Shown: piece after piece, positions 1 to 9,014 of the stretch
How the letters are laid out: each line of letters opens with the position of its first letter
Numbering within the stretch: the stretch's first letter is position 1
Virus record (IMG/VR): IMGVR_UViG_3300036668_000173
Coordinates: 1 to 64,000 of that record
DNA: 64,000 bases
Direction: 5' to 3' (one strand)
Source of the DNA: a virus
Position numbers and translations under genes: made by a program
Notes under the pieces: model-generated
Databases searched by the model: none
What the model was told of the DNA's origin: nothing
What the model saw: the letters and a program-made list of their open reading frames with translations, nothing else

Positions 1-424
1 CTCCTACATTGGTCACACCAAATATTGGTACTCCATCGGCAGGTGTAGTCAGTAATTTGACTGGTACTGCATCTATTAACATTAACGGAACAGTTGGCGC
101 TTCAACAGCAAGCACTGGTGCATTTACGACGCTAAACAGTTCATCGACTACAATTTTAAACGGTACTACAATACCTGCGTCGTCTACATTAGTAAAAACT
201 GCTGATAAAATTAGTGTTCTATCTTCTACAACTTCTGCAGAATTAGCTGGAGTCATTAGTGATGAAACTGGTACAGGTTCTTTAGTATTTGCCACATCTC
301 CTACATTGGTCACACCAAATATTGGTACTCCATCGGCAGGTGTAGTCAGTAATTTGACTGGTACTGCATCTATTAACATTAACGGAACAGTTGGCGCTTC
401 AACAGCAAGCACTGGTGCATTTAC
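1..424 (+). repeat. Direct repeat inside tail fibre: 1-127 identical to 298-424 (297-bp / 99-aa period)
   Basis: Direct comparison of ctcctacattggtcacacc...ggtgcatttac at both positions. Confidence 0.9.
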
Positions 425-2306
425 TACGCTGTCGGCATCAGGAACTTCTACGCTAGCTGCCGTGAACTCAGGGGCACTAGCAGTAACCGGAGCTATCACT
501 TCCACAACCGACGCAACCCTGTCAGGCGTGCGCGTGGGCAAAGGTGCTGGGGCTATAGATACAAATACCGCATTGGGTTCGGGTGCTCTGGACTCCAACA
601 CCACAGGCGGCGGAAACACAGCCAGCGGGCAGGGCGCACTCCGCAATAACACCACGGGCAACAGCAACACAGCCAGCGGGTTTCAAGCACTTGCCAACAC
701 CACGGGCAGCCAAAACACAGCAATTGGTGTTAACTCAGGCCAAGCAATAACCACAGGATCAAAGAACTCAATACTAGGTTCGTTCGATGGTAACAGTAAT
801 GGTCTTGACATTCGTACCAGCAACAATAACATTATTCTTTCTGATGGTGATGGTGTCCTAAGACTATATGTCAATGGTTCTGGTAATACTGGTATTGGTA
901 CGACAACACCTGGATCCAAATTAGCCGTAAATGGTTCAATAACAGAATCACCTAATGGTGTCGATTATTATAATGTAGTGACTCAGCGAGACATCGGCAC
1001 AGACCCAAACCAGATACCACTGAATCAGTTTTTAGGCACGATGGCTTATCAGGATTCTAACAACGTAGTAGTGGGCAACTTAACGGTTACAGGGCAGTTA
1101 AATGTGCGCCAAGAGTTATTGACAGGTTCTTTTACTTGGAATTCATTAACATCTACGCCCGATTCAATTTATGGTCGTTCGCAGGTTGTTACAGGAATCC
1201 ACGACATGATGCGTGGCTGTGTGCTTAACGCTGATGGTTCGGTTAATTATTACTTGAACCCAACAAATTGGGCACAACAAGCTAACGGTACAGCTTCTGT
1301 TTTGACGGGTGCAGACGGTAACGTGATGGTAGAGATACCTAAGTTTTATTACCGTATTGTGCAAGCAGGAACAGAAACCACTTGGAAAATCTCTGCTGTA
1401 CAACAGTCGGGTTATGTGACTCACCCTGCATTTATTAAAGACAATGTAGAGGTAGACTTTAGATACATGGGTGCGTATGACGCTTGTGTTTTTGACACTT
1501 CAGCATCGGCTTACATTTCAGGCACTAACTTAGATAACAACAATGGTAACGTTGACACGGCCGCAGACAAGCTCTCAAGTGTAAAAGGCATTTATCCTAT
1601 GGTTGGGTTAACTAGAAATGAGTTTAGGCTGTTAGCTTCGGTTAATGGCACTGGTTGGAGACAACTTGATTATGATTTATGGTCTGCTGTGCAGTTAGTT
1701 TACATCATTGAATACCAATCATTCTTCTCACAAAACATTTTAGGCGCAGGCAATACCAACGGTTCATATTTAGCACCAAGTGCGGTTCAGGCTAATAGCC
1801 CACATACCATAGCAGGTGCAGGTGATTCGATTGCCAACGGCTCTACTAATACCACTTCAGGTGCAGGCGTAAGTGCAAAGCCTGGCATATCGTTTATGAA
1901 ATATCGTGGTATTGAAAACTTTTACGGTAATGGTTGGAATTGGGCTGACGGTATCAATGTCAACGTCACAGTTACGGGTAATGTTCACATCACTAATGAT
2001 GCGGCTTTCTTTGCCGATAATACGGCAACAGGCATGGAGTTAGTAACTAGTAGCTTTCCAACGGCATCAGGTTACATTCGAGATATGTCAACAACCGTTG
2101 ACCCTTACTTTTTAAGTTCGACCAATTCAGGTGGCGGCTCTACTACTTACATAACAGATTATCATTTTGCATTGGCGTCAAGCAATCGGGGTGTGTTTGT
2201 GGGCGGGGCGGCTGATTATGGCGCGGGTGCGGGTGCGTTCTGCTTGTTTTCGTATTATGCTTCTTCTTTTACTAATCGTACTATTAGTGGTCGGCTCGCA
2301 TATTAA
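1..2306 (+). CDS. Tail fibre / receptor-binding protein, 5'-truncated; Gly/Ser/Thr-rich shaft, YadA-like NTAxGxxAL repeats, C-terminal Mtd-like C-type lectin domain
   Basis: Frame is open from the window edge. Repeats NTALGSGALDSNTTG/NTASGQGALRNNTTG; GNTGIGTTTP motif; C-terminal YRGIENFYGNGWNWADG...GG...G...G.F...SGRLAY is typical of CLec-fold phage tips. Confidence 0.8.
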   Translation, partial: PTLVTPNIGTPSAGVVSNLTGTASININGTVGASTASTGAFTTLNSSSTTILNGTTIPASSTLVKTADKISVLSSTTSAELAGVISDETGTGSLVFATSPTLVTPNIGTPSAGVVSNLTGTASININGTVGASTASTGAFTTLSASGTSTLAAVNSGALAVTGAITSTTDATLSGVRVGKGAGAIDTNTALGSGALDSNTTGGGNTASGQGALRNNTTGNSNTASGFQALANTTGSQNTAIGVNSGQAITTGSKNSILGSFDGNSNGLDIRTSNNNIILSDGDGVLRLYVNGSGNTGIGTTTPGSKLAVNGSITESPNGVDYYNVVTQRDIGTDPNQIPLNQFLGTMAYQDSNNVVVGNLTVTGQLNVRQELLTGSFTWNSLTSTPDSIYGRSQVVTGIHDMMRGCVLNADGSVNYYLNPTNWAQQANGTASVLTGADGNVMVEIPKFYYRIVQAGTETTWKISAVQQSGYVTHPAFIKDNVEVDFRYMGAYDACVFDTSASAYISGTNLDNNNGNVDTAADKLSSVKGIYPMVGLTRNEFRLLASVNGTGWRQLDYDLWSAVQLVYIIEYQSFFSQNILGAGNTNGSYLAPSAVQANSPHTIAGAGDSIANGSTNTTSGAGVSAKPGISFMKYRGIENFYGNGWNWADGINVNVTVTGNVHITNDAAFFADNTATGMELVTSSFPTASGYIRDMSTTVDPYFLSSTNSGGGSTTYITDYHFALASSNRGVFVGGAADYGAGAGAFCLFSYYASSFTNRTISGRLAY

Positions 2307-2320
2307 CAAAGGATTAAACA

Positions 2321-4651
2321 ATGTCTATTAAAAACAATTTTCCAAACACACGCCCAACGCTTCTAGTTGACTTTAGAAACTCAGAAACAGTAGACCCGCG
2401 TATCGTAACCGCACGAGCCTCTACAGCGACATTTACAGACAAGTTCGGTGTTATCCAGACAGCGTTAAGCAACGTGCCTAGAATTACTTACGATGCAGTG
2501 ACAGGCGAGTGTGAAGGGTTGATGCGAGAAGCGCAGAGGACTAATCAACTGACGTATAGTCAAGATTTTAGTAATGCGGCTTGGACTAAAACAAATTTAA
2601 CTGTTGAAAGCAATGTTATTCTTGCTCCCGATGGAACACTTACTGCGGATAAGTTAATTGCAGGCGCTACAACAACGGCACATTGTGTTGAAAGACTCAT
2701 TGGTTATGCACTTAACACCTACACGGAGTCTGTTTACGCACAAGCTGGAGAAAATAGATTTATACAACTTGGTATAGCCTTCTATGCTCAAAACGCGTCT
2801 GATTGGTCTAATTTTGATTTAATAAACGGTACTGTTCAATCATTTGGTTCAGCAATAGGTAAAATCACAAACATAGGTAACGGCTGGTTTAGATGCGAAA
2901 CGATAAAAAATACGAATGCTGGCGCAGGACAAACATATATAATTATAGCCACATCGCTAAGTAGCTCGTTTGCCCCAAGTTATTTAGGCGATGGAGTATC
3001 AGGCCTTTACATCTGGGGATCACAAACTGAATTAGGTGCATACGCATCATCTTACATTCCAACAGTGGCATCACAAGTTACCCGCGCGGTAGACGCTTTT
3101 ACTCTCTCAGGCTCAAACTTTACCCAATGGTATAACCAATCGGGTCAAGGCACACTTGTAGCAGACGTAGACACACCCCAAGCGGGCATCATTGTCACAG
3201 CGGGTACTGCTAACCTACGCGCTCCTGTTATCGCTGACCGTTCTTACGGCTTACCTTTTTACCCAACGGCTACCACTTCACTAACTTTAGGTGTCGGTAC
3301 ACATAAAAAACTAAGCTACTACCCTGCCGATGTTGAGTACAGAAACCTGATCACACTTGTTGATGCGCCGTCTAATGCTTTCGTGATGACCGTGTTTATC
3401 TCAGCTAATGGTGGCACATTCCAATGGCCTAACCGTGCGGGTACAAGAGATGGTGTAATTAATTGGGGTGATGGTACTAGTGAAACTAGTGTTGGTAATT
3501 TGACTGCTAAGACTTATGCGCTTGCGGGCTATTACGATATCAGTGTAACGGGTACATACACAGCACCATTCTTTAATAATGTAGGGGATAGACTCAAGTG
3601 CGTGGATGTTAGGCAATGGGGTTCAGTGACGGGCATGACTACTTGGAATGCATCGTTTATGGGTTGTAATAATTTAGTTGGGACAGCTACTGACGCACCT
3701 GTTTTAATTGGCGCTTTATCCAGTATGTTTGAAGGTTGTAAAGTATTTAACGGTGCTATTGGTAACTGGAACACAAGTGCAGTTACTGCTATGAATAGTA
3801 TGTTCCGCGATGCAACAGTATTTAACCAAAACATCGGCGCTTGGAATACGAGTGCAGTTACTAATATGGCTAGTATGTTCCAAAGCGCAACAGCGTTTAA
3901 CCAAGACATCGGTTCGTGGAACACAAGTGCGGTTACTAATATGTCACAAATGTTCTATAGTGCATCAGCATTTAACCAAAACATTGGTTCTTGGAACACA
4001 GGTGCAGTTACTAATATGGTTGCTATGTTCTACAACATACCAGCATTTAACCAAGACATAGGTTCTTGGAACACAGGTGCAGTTACTAATATGGCTAGTA
4101 TGTTCCAAAGTGCGCCAGCATTTAACCAAAACATAGGCGCATGGAACACAGGCGCAGTTACTAATATGTTTCAAATGTTCTACGCCGCAACAGCATTTAA
4201 CCAAGACATTGGTTCTTGGAACACAGGTGCAGTTACTACTATGGCTAATATGTTCTTTAGTGCATCAGCATTTAACAACGGTGGTAGCGCAAGCATAAAT
4301 AACTGGAACACAAGTGCAGTTACTACTATGTCACAAATGTTCTATAGTGCATCGGCATTTAACCAAAACATTGGTTCTTGGAACACAGGTGCAGTTACTA
4401 ATATGGTTGCTATGTTCTACAACATACCAGCATTTAACCAAGACATAGGTTCTTGGAACACAGGTGCAGTTACTAATATGGCTAGTATGTTCCAAAGTGC
4501 GCCAGCATTTAACCAAGACTTATCTGTTTGGGTTACGGGTCTAACAGCACAGCCAACCAACTTCTCTTTGAGCGCAAACGCTACATTCGCTAACAATGCT
4601 AACGGGCTGAAGCCATACCTGTCGGGTGGCGTAACTCAAATCAACACATAA
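2321..4651 (+). CDS. Virion/tail-associated protein: N-terminal spike/lectin-like domain, PKD-like segment, C-terminal DUF285 (BspA-like) 25-aa repeat array
   Basis: About 11 repeats of [23 protein letters not shown]; INWGDG PKD-like motif; good RBS (aaagga). Confidence 0.8.
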   Translation: MSIKNNFPNTRPTLLVDFRNSETVDPRIVTARASTATFTDKFGVIQTALSNVPRITYDAVTGECEGLMREAQRTNQLTYSQDFSNAAWTKTNLTVESNVILAPDGTLTADKLIAGATTTAHCVERLIGYALNTYTESVYAQAGENRFIQLGIAFYAQNASDWSNFDLINGTVQSFGSAIGKITNIGNGWFRCETIKNTNAGAGQTYIIIATSLSSSFAPSYLGDGVSGLYIWGSQTELGAYASSYIPTVASQVTRAVDAFTLSGSNFTQWYNQSGQGTLVADVDTPQAGIIVTAGTANLRAPVIADRSYGLPFYPTATTSLTLGVGTHKKLSYYPADVEYRNLITLVDAPSNAFVMTVFISANGGTFQWPNRAGTRDGVINWGDGTSETSVGNLTAKTYALAGYYDISVTGTYTAPFFNNVGDRLKCVDVRQWGSVTGMTTWNASFMGCNNLVGTATDAPVLIGALSSMFEGCKVFNGAIGNWNTSAVTAMNSMFRDATVFNQNIGAWNTSAVTNMASMFQSATAFNQDIGSWNTSAVTNMSQMFYSASAFNQNIGSWNTGAVTNMVAMFYNIPAFNQDIGSWNTGAVTNMASMFQSAPAFNQNIGAWNTGAVTNMFQMFYAATAFNQDIGSWNTGAVTTMANMFFSASAFNNGGSASINNWNTSAVTTMSQMFYSASAFNQNIGSWNTGAVTNMVAMFYNIPAFNQDIGSWNTGAVTNMASMFQSAPAFNQDLSVWVTGLTAQPTNFSLSANATFANNANGLKPYLSGGVTQINT
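3700..4530 (+). repeat. 75-bp tandem coding repeats (DUF285); block 3941-4129 duplicated at 4328-4516 with one mismatch
   Basis: Repeated tttaaccaa(a/g)acat(a/t/c)ggttcttggaacacaggtgcagttactaatatg units. Confidence 0.9.
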
Positions 4652-4661
4652 GGAAAACAAA

Positions 4662-4979
4662 ATGTCTGATTTTTACCTAAAATTTGTTGACGAAGAGCAA
4701 GCGCAAGAAGTTCTCTACACTAAAGTAGTAGACGAGTGGAGCGAGCCTGAAGACCCTGACGTTGAGCCTATCCCTTTGCGGTGGCATTATGTGCCGAACT
4801 ATGTAAACATTGACACGATTGGAGTTATTTACGAGCCACAGCCTGACACAGAGCCACCACCAGAGCCTGTAGCCTATGATGGTTGGTTTGTAAATGTGCG
4901 GGTAGTTAGCGAAGACCCAGAGCCTCTGTTACCGTTTAGTATCGACCCACAGCCGTATCCCATAAGAATTTGGGCTTAA
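4662..4979 (+). CDS. Hypothetical acidic, Pro-rich tail-fibre-associated protein (possible chaperone)
   Basis: ORF with RBS aagga directly after the fibre genes; IDTIGVIY...GWFVNVR motif. Confidence 0.6.
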   Translation: MSDFYLKFVDEEQAQEVLYTKVVDEWSEPEDPDVEPIPLRWHYVPNYVNIDTIGVIYEPQPDTEPPPEPVAYDGWFVNVRVVSEDPEPLLPFSIDPQPYPIRIWA

Positions 4980-4992
4980 CAAGGATTGATTC

Positions 4993-5105
4993 ATGTCGCA
5001 AGAAGTTTACAACATAGTTTTGGGCCTTGCGTGCAAGGGCAAATTAACTCAATTATTACACCTCCCGTTACACCACAAGACACGCCCTTACCTTGGGTCA
5101 GTTAA
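4993..5105 (+). pseudogene. Chimeric deletion remnant: MSQEVYNIVLGLA joined out of frame to a CVQGQINSIITPPVTPQDTPLPWVS* C-terminus
   Basis: ATG at 4993 with RBS; the alternative frame ends in a P-rich PLPW terminus of the kind common in small phage tail-associated proteins. Confidence 0.4.
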
Positions 5106-5135
5106 ATAAATAAAGCCTATCAAAGGAACAAAAGA

Positions 5136-5354
5136 ATGAACATCTCACTCACCGAAGCTCAAGAACTTATCCTCACCACAAAAGCCACTCGAGATGGCAC
5201 TACCATTGATGAAATGATTGCTGTGAAAATTGGGCAGTATGTAACCGACAGTTCCAGAGATAATGAGTATGCATTAGCGAACCCAGTGGTAGAGGCCGAA
5301 GATGTACTCGCGCTGGTGGATCCAGTAGTAAATCCCGAAAATGTATTCCAATGA
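5136..5354 (+). CDS. Hypothetical protein
   Basis: ORF with aaagga RBS; overlaps next gene ATGA-style. Confidence 0.55.
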   Translation: MNISLTEAQELILTTKATRDGTTIDEMIAVKIGQYVTDSSRDNEYALANPVVEAEDVLALVDPVVNPENVFQ

Positions 5355-5584
5355 CACTCTCAATCGACAAACAAGCACACTTCTTTAGCGGTCTAGCCTT
5401 ATGCCTAGCTGTAGCTCTATTCTTTGGTGCATACGCTGGATTAGCTGTGGCTGTACTAGCGGGTCTTGGCAAAGAGGTATACGACAACTATGGGCGTGGT
5501 GCACCTGACATTTACGATGCTGTAGCAACGGCAGTTGGCGGTGCGCTTGGCTTTGTACTAATAATGATTGCGGAGGCTCTATGA
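5351..5584 (+). CDS. Small membrane protein (DKQAHF...KEVYD family)
   Basis: Three hydrophobic segments; DKxxH / KExxD / D pattern common in phage membrane proteins. Confidence 0.6.
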   Translation: MTLSIDKQAHFFSGLALCLAVALFFGAYAGLAVAVLAGLGKEVYDNYGRGAPDIYDAVATAVGGALGFVLIMIAEAL

Positions 5585-5962
5585 GCATTAAAGACAATTT
5601 TCCAAATTCGCGTCCTACGCTTCTAGTTGATTTTCGTAACAGAGAAACAGTAGACCCGCGTATCGTAACCGCACGAGCCTCTACAGCGACCTATACAGAC
5701 AAGTTCGGTGTGATGCAAACAGCGTTAAGCAACGTGCCACGGATTACTTACGATGCGGTAGCATTATGTGCCTGATTATGTGAACATTGATACAATTGGA
5801 GTTATTTACGAAGAGCAAGAAATTGTAGACCCTGAGAACCCACCTGAGCCTATTGTAAAAGATGGGTGGCACGTCAATGTTCATGTAGTCGGTTCAGAAG
5901 ACGTCACGGCACTTGAACCCTATTCAATATTGCCAGAAAATCCCCGCAGAGTCTGGGGATAA
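5581..5962 (+). pseudogene. Collapsed paralog of the 2321-4979 cassette: N-terminus of the 2321 gene fused out of frame to the C-terminal half of a 4662-like gene
   Basis: 5581-5759 is colinear with 2321-2499; from ~5760 it matches 4783 onward (gcattatgtgcc...attggagttatttacga). Confidence 0.8.
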
Positions 5963-5996
5963 ATATTACTACTATAAACTATAAAGGAATAACAGC

Positions 5997-6224
5997 ATGA
6001 ACGATACAACTATACTCATCACCCCAGGACAGGTTCAACGTCATTATGATGCCGCCATGGACTCGGTCAATCTAATCAATGCTGGTCAACCCGTGGGCAT
6101 GACTGATGAAGACTGGGCAGATACAGTCAAGCGTAATGTGGATCATTTAGAGGTCATGTTAGCAAAAGACTTTTGGACAGAAGATCAAGATTTAACTCCA
6201 CTTGAAGGGGCAGTAGAACAATAA
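5997..6224 (+). CDS. Hypothetical protein
   Basis: RBS aaagga; TAATG coupling to the next gene. Confidence 0.65.
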   Translation: MNDTTILITPGQVQRHYDAAMDSVNLINAGQPVGMTDEDWADTVKRNVDHLEVMLAKDFWTEDQDLTPLEGAVEQ

Positions 6225-6433
6225 TGAAATTAGATACACGTTGGTCAGAAATCCTAAAGCGAGCATGGTCAATACGATTCATTGTGATCGCAGGTATTCT
6301 TACTGCCGCAGAGGTAGTATTGCCAATGTTCGAGAATGACATACCAAGAAATGTATTTGCCTTCCTTTCGCTAGGAGCAGTGGCAGGTGCATTTATTTCT
6401 AGACTCGTGGCTCAACAGGATCTACCCGAATAA
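6224..6433 (+). CDS. Putative holin
   Basis: 69 aa, two TM segments, KRAWSIRF motif, immediately upstream of the endolysin. Confidence 0.7.
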   Translation: MKLDTRWSEILKRAWSIRFIVIAGILTAAEVVLPMFENDIPRNVFAFLSLGAVAGAFISRLVAQQDLPE

Positions 6434-6912
6434 TGATAAAACCACAAAATAAGACTCGCGCAGGAATTGCAACTCTGGTACTGAGTGCATCGGCTCTGGT
6501 CGGTTTGGCAGTACACGAAGGATATCAGGAAAGGGCATACATACCAGTCCCAGGGGATGTACCAACAATCGGATTTGGTACCACTCAAGGTGTCAAGCTC
6601 GGTGATCGTACAAACCCTATCATTGCCCTACAAAGAAAACTAGATGACATCAAAAACTTTGAAGGTGCTCTAAAACAATGTGTCACGGTTCCACTTCATC
6701 AATATGAGTATGATGCATTTATTTCACTATCATATAATATTGGCTCCTCGGCATTTTGTCGTTCTACCTTAGTTCGTAAACTAAATGCAGGTGACTATGA
6801 CGGTGCCTGTAAAGAAATTCTACGATGGGATAAGTTCAAGGGTGCACCACTTCGTGGTCTGACGATTCGTCGTGAAGCCGAATATCAACAATGTATCGGG
6901 AAGAAGCAATAA
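6433..6912 (+). CDS. Endolysin, GH24 lysozyme with N-terminal SAR-like segment
   Basis: HEG...Y...GDVPTIGFGTT (E-D-T triad), YNIG, GLTIRREAE; Ala/Gly-rich hydrophobic N-terminus. Confidence 0.9.
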   Translation: MIKPQNKTRAGIATLVLSASALVGLAVHEGYQERAYIPVPGDVPTIGFGTTQGVKLGDRTNPIIALQRKLDDIKNFEGALKQCVTVPLHQYEYDAFISLSYNIGSSAFCRSTLVRKLNAGDYDGACKEILRWDKFKGAPLRGLTIRREAEYQQCIGKKQ

Positions 6913-7160
6913 TGTTTATCATAGAAAATATACAAAAATGGATGTTATGGGTACTAGGTGCGATTACGACAATCGTATCGGTCTATGTCATTGGTCGATC
7001 ACAAGGAAGTTCAAATGAAAAACAACGTCAAACAGAAATTGATATCAAGCAGTCAAAGAAAATTGAAGACGTCGCGGATCGTGCTAGGAAGTCTGCTGAT
7101 AATTCTGTCGCCTCTCCTGTTGAGCGGTTGCGGAAGCACAAAAGGCTCCGAGACTTATAG
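6912..7160 (+). CDS. i-spanin (Rz-like)
   Basis: ATG coupled to the endolysin stop; N-terminal TM followed by a charged helical periplasmic region. Confidence 0.7.
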   Translation: MFIIENIQKWMLWVLGAITTIVSVYVIGRSQGSSNEKQRQTEIDIKQSKKIEDVADRARKSADNSVASPVERLRKHKRLRDL

Positions 7161-7296
7161 AACCGTATGTCGTGAACTCGAAAGAGATTTACCCACATAC
7201 TCGGTCAAGGATACGCCAGAGACCCTAGAGTCTGGTGCTAAATTTATAGATGTTTTCTATGCAGTATGTGGAGAACAATTGGTAAACAAAGATTAA
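7015..7296 (+). CDS. o-spanin (Rz1-like) lipoprotein overlapping the i-spanin
   Basis: Signal peptide with lipobox LLLSG-C; +1 frame overlap; start at 7015 (or TTG 7063). Confidence 0.75.
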   Translation: MKNNVKQKLISSSQRKLKTSRIVLGSLLIILSPLLLSGCGSTKGSETYRTVCRELERDLPTYSVKDTPETLESGAKFIDVFYAVCGEQLVNKD

Positions 7297-7320
7297 TCAA
7301 AATACAGGTAACACAACACC

Positions 7321-8067
7321 ATGGCAATTCCAACCTCACGGGCAACACTTGTCGATTACTGTCTTCGTAATCTTGGTGAACCTGTACTCGAAGTAAACGT
7401 ATCCGAAGAGCAGATTGATGATCGTGTAGACGAGGCTCTTCAATTCTTTCAACAATACCATTCGGATGCAGTGTATCCAGTATTTCATAAGCATCAGGTC
7501 ACGCAAGAGGACATGGACAGACAGTATATCGATGTGCCTGATTCGATTACTGCAGTACTCAGAATGTTTTCAATTGCCGAACACGGTGTGTCCTCGGGCA
7601 TGTTCTCGGCAAAGTATCAACTATTCTTGAATGATATATTTGATCTACGTTTTGCAGGATCTATATCAAACTATGTACAGACGATGACATATCTAAATAC
7701 GCTTGATATGATATTCAATGGCGAGCCTCAGATTAGATATAACCATCACATGAATCGATTATATGTCGATACCGATTGGGGTACGTCTATTCTGGTTGGT
7801 GACTGGATTATTGTCGAGGCATATCGAATCGTTGACCCGAATCAGTTTAGTAAGATATACAATGACTTGTTTCTGAAACGGTATGTGACTGCGCTGATCA
7901 AGAGGAATTGGGGTCAGAATTTAAGTAAATTTAGTGGAATGCAATTGCCTGGCGGTGTTACTATTAATGCTCGAGAAATTATAGATGAGGCGAATGCCGA
8001 AATAATAAAAGTCGAAGAAGAAATGCAATTGAAGTATGAGGATCCACCACTTTTTTACGTGGGTTAA
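7321..8067 (+). CDS. gp13: Neck protein gp13
   Basis: LRNLGEPVLEVNV, WGQNLSKFSGMQLPGGVT motifs; synteny. Confidence 0.9.
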   Translation: MAIPTSRATLVDYCLRNLGEPVLEVNVSEEQIDDRVDEALQFFQQYHSDAVYPVFHKHQVTQEDMDRQYIDVPDSITAVLRMFSIAEHGVSSGMFSAKYQLFLNDIFDLRFAGSISNYVQTMTYLNTLDMIFNGEPQIRYNHHMNRLYVDTDWGTSILVGDWIIVEAYRIVDPNQFSKIYNDLFLKRYVTALIKRNWGQNLSKFSGMQLPGGVTINAREIIDEANAEIIKVEEEMQLKYEDPPLFYVG

Positions 8068-8073
8068 AATATA

Positions 8074-9003
8074 ATGCCAACAAATGTTTTCTTTTCTCCA
8101 AATGTACGAACTGAACAAAATCTTTACGAAGACTTGATCATCGAGTCTCTGAAGTTGTATGGTCAGGACGTGTATTATATACCACGCGAAACAATCACGC
8201 CCGATGAGATTCTGAACGAAGAATACTCTAAGTATGCACGAGCCTACATGGTAGAGATGTATATTTCTAATGTAGATGGTTTTGGTGGCGAAGGAGATCT
8301 ATACACTAAGTTCGGACTCGAGATCCGTGATCAGGCGTCCTTCATTGTTTCGCGTCGTCAGTTCTCTCGCTTAGTAAGCATTGATGATAATGCCATTCGA
8401 GAAGAGCGACCTCGAGAAGGTGACTTGATATACTTACCCTTGTCAAAGGGATTGTTTGAAATTAAATTCGTCGAACACGAATCGCCTTTCTATCAGTTGT
8501 CTAAGTTACCTACCTATGAAATGCAATGTGAACTGTATGAGTACTCGGCAGAGAAATTCGACACAGGGATTGGCGCATTAGACTACTATGAGACCGCGTA
8601 TGGGCCTCAGTCAGTCATACAAATAAGGGGTGGGACTTCTGGATTCTCTATAGGTGAAAAGGTTCAACAATTATTATTTGATGATGTCGAAGTCTCAGGA
8701 GAAGTTTCCGACTTTACGCCTACGACTCCATTCGATTCAGTACCTAGAGTGGCAGACATTACCATAACCAATATCATAGCATCCGATGGATCCCTTAGAT
8801 CATTTGAAAAAGATGGTCTACTTCTACGTATAGATTCTATTAATGATTCTGATTGGGTCATCTCAAATGTATATGACATAAACGATGAGGGTAAATTTAT
8901 TCCTCAGGAACCTCTGGCTCAGAACTCTGCATTCGAAAATCGTGGGGATGACATAATCGATTTCAGTGAAAATAATCCGTTTGGTGATTCAAGCGCCCCC
9001 TAA
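8074..9003 (+). CDS. gp14: Neck protein gp14
   Basis: GQDVYYIPR, KFGLEIRD, RPREGDLIY, FSENNPFG. Confidence 0.9.
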   Translation: MPTNVFFSPNVRTEQNLYEDLIIESLKLYGQDVYYIPRETITPDEILNEEYSKYARAYMVEMYISNVDGFGGEGDLYTKFGLEIRDQASFIVSRRQFSRLVSIDDNAIREERPREGDLIYLPLSKGLFEIKFVEHESPFYQLSKLPTYEMQCELYEYSAEKFDTGIGALDYYETAYGPQSVIQIRGGTSGFSIGEKVQQLLFDDVEVSGEVSDFTPTTPFDSVPRVADITITNIIASDGSLRSFEKDGLLLRIDSINDSDWVISNVYDINDEGKFIPQEPLAQNSAFENRGDDIIDFSENNPFGDSSAP

Positions 9004-9014
9004 AGGAAATTAAC

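Noticed and set aside
3700-4530. Regularly spaced repeats resembling a CRISPR array
   Set aside because: The 75-bp period is in frame and encodes DUF285 protein repeats; there are no unique spacers and no cas genes
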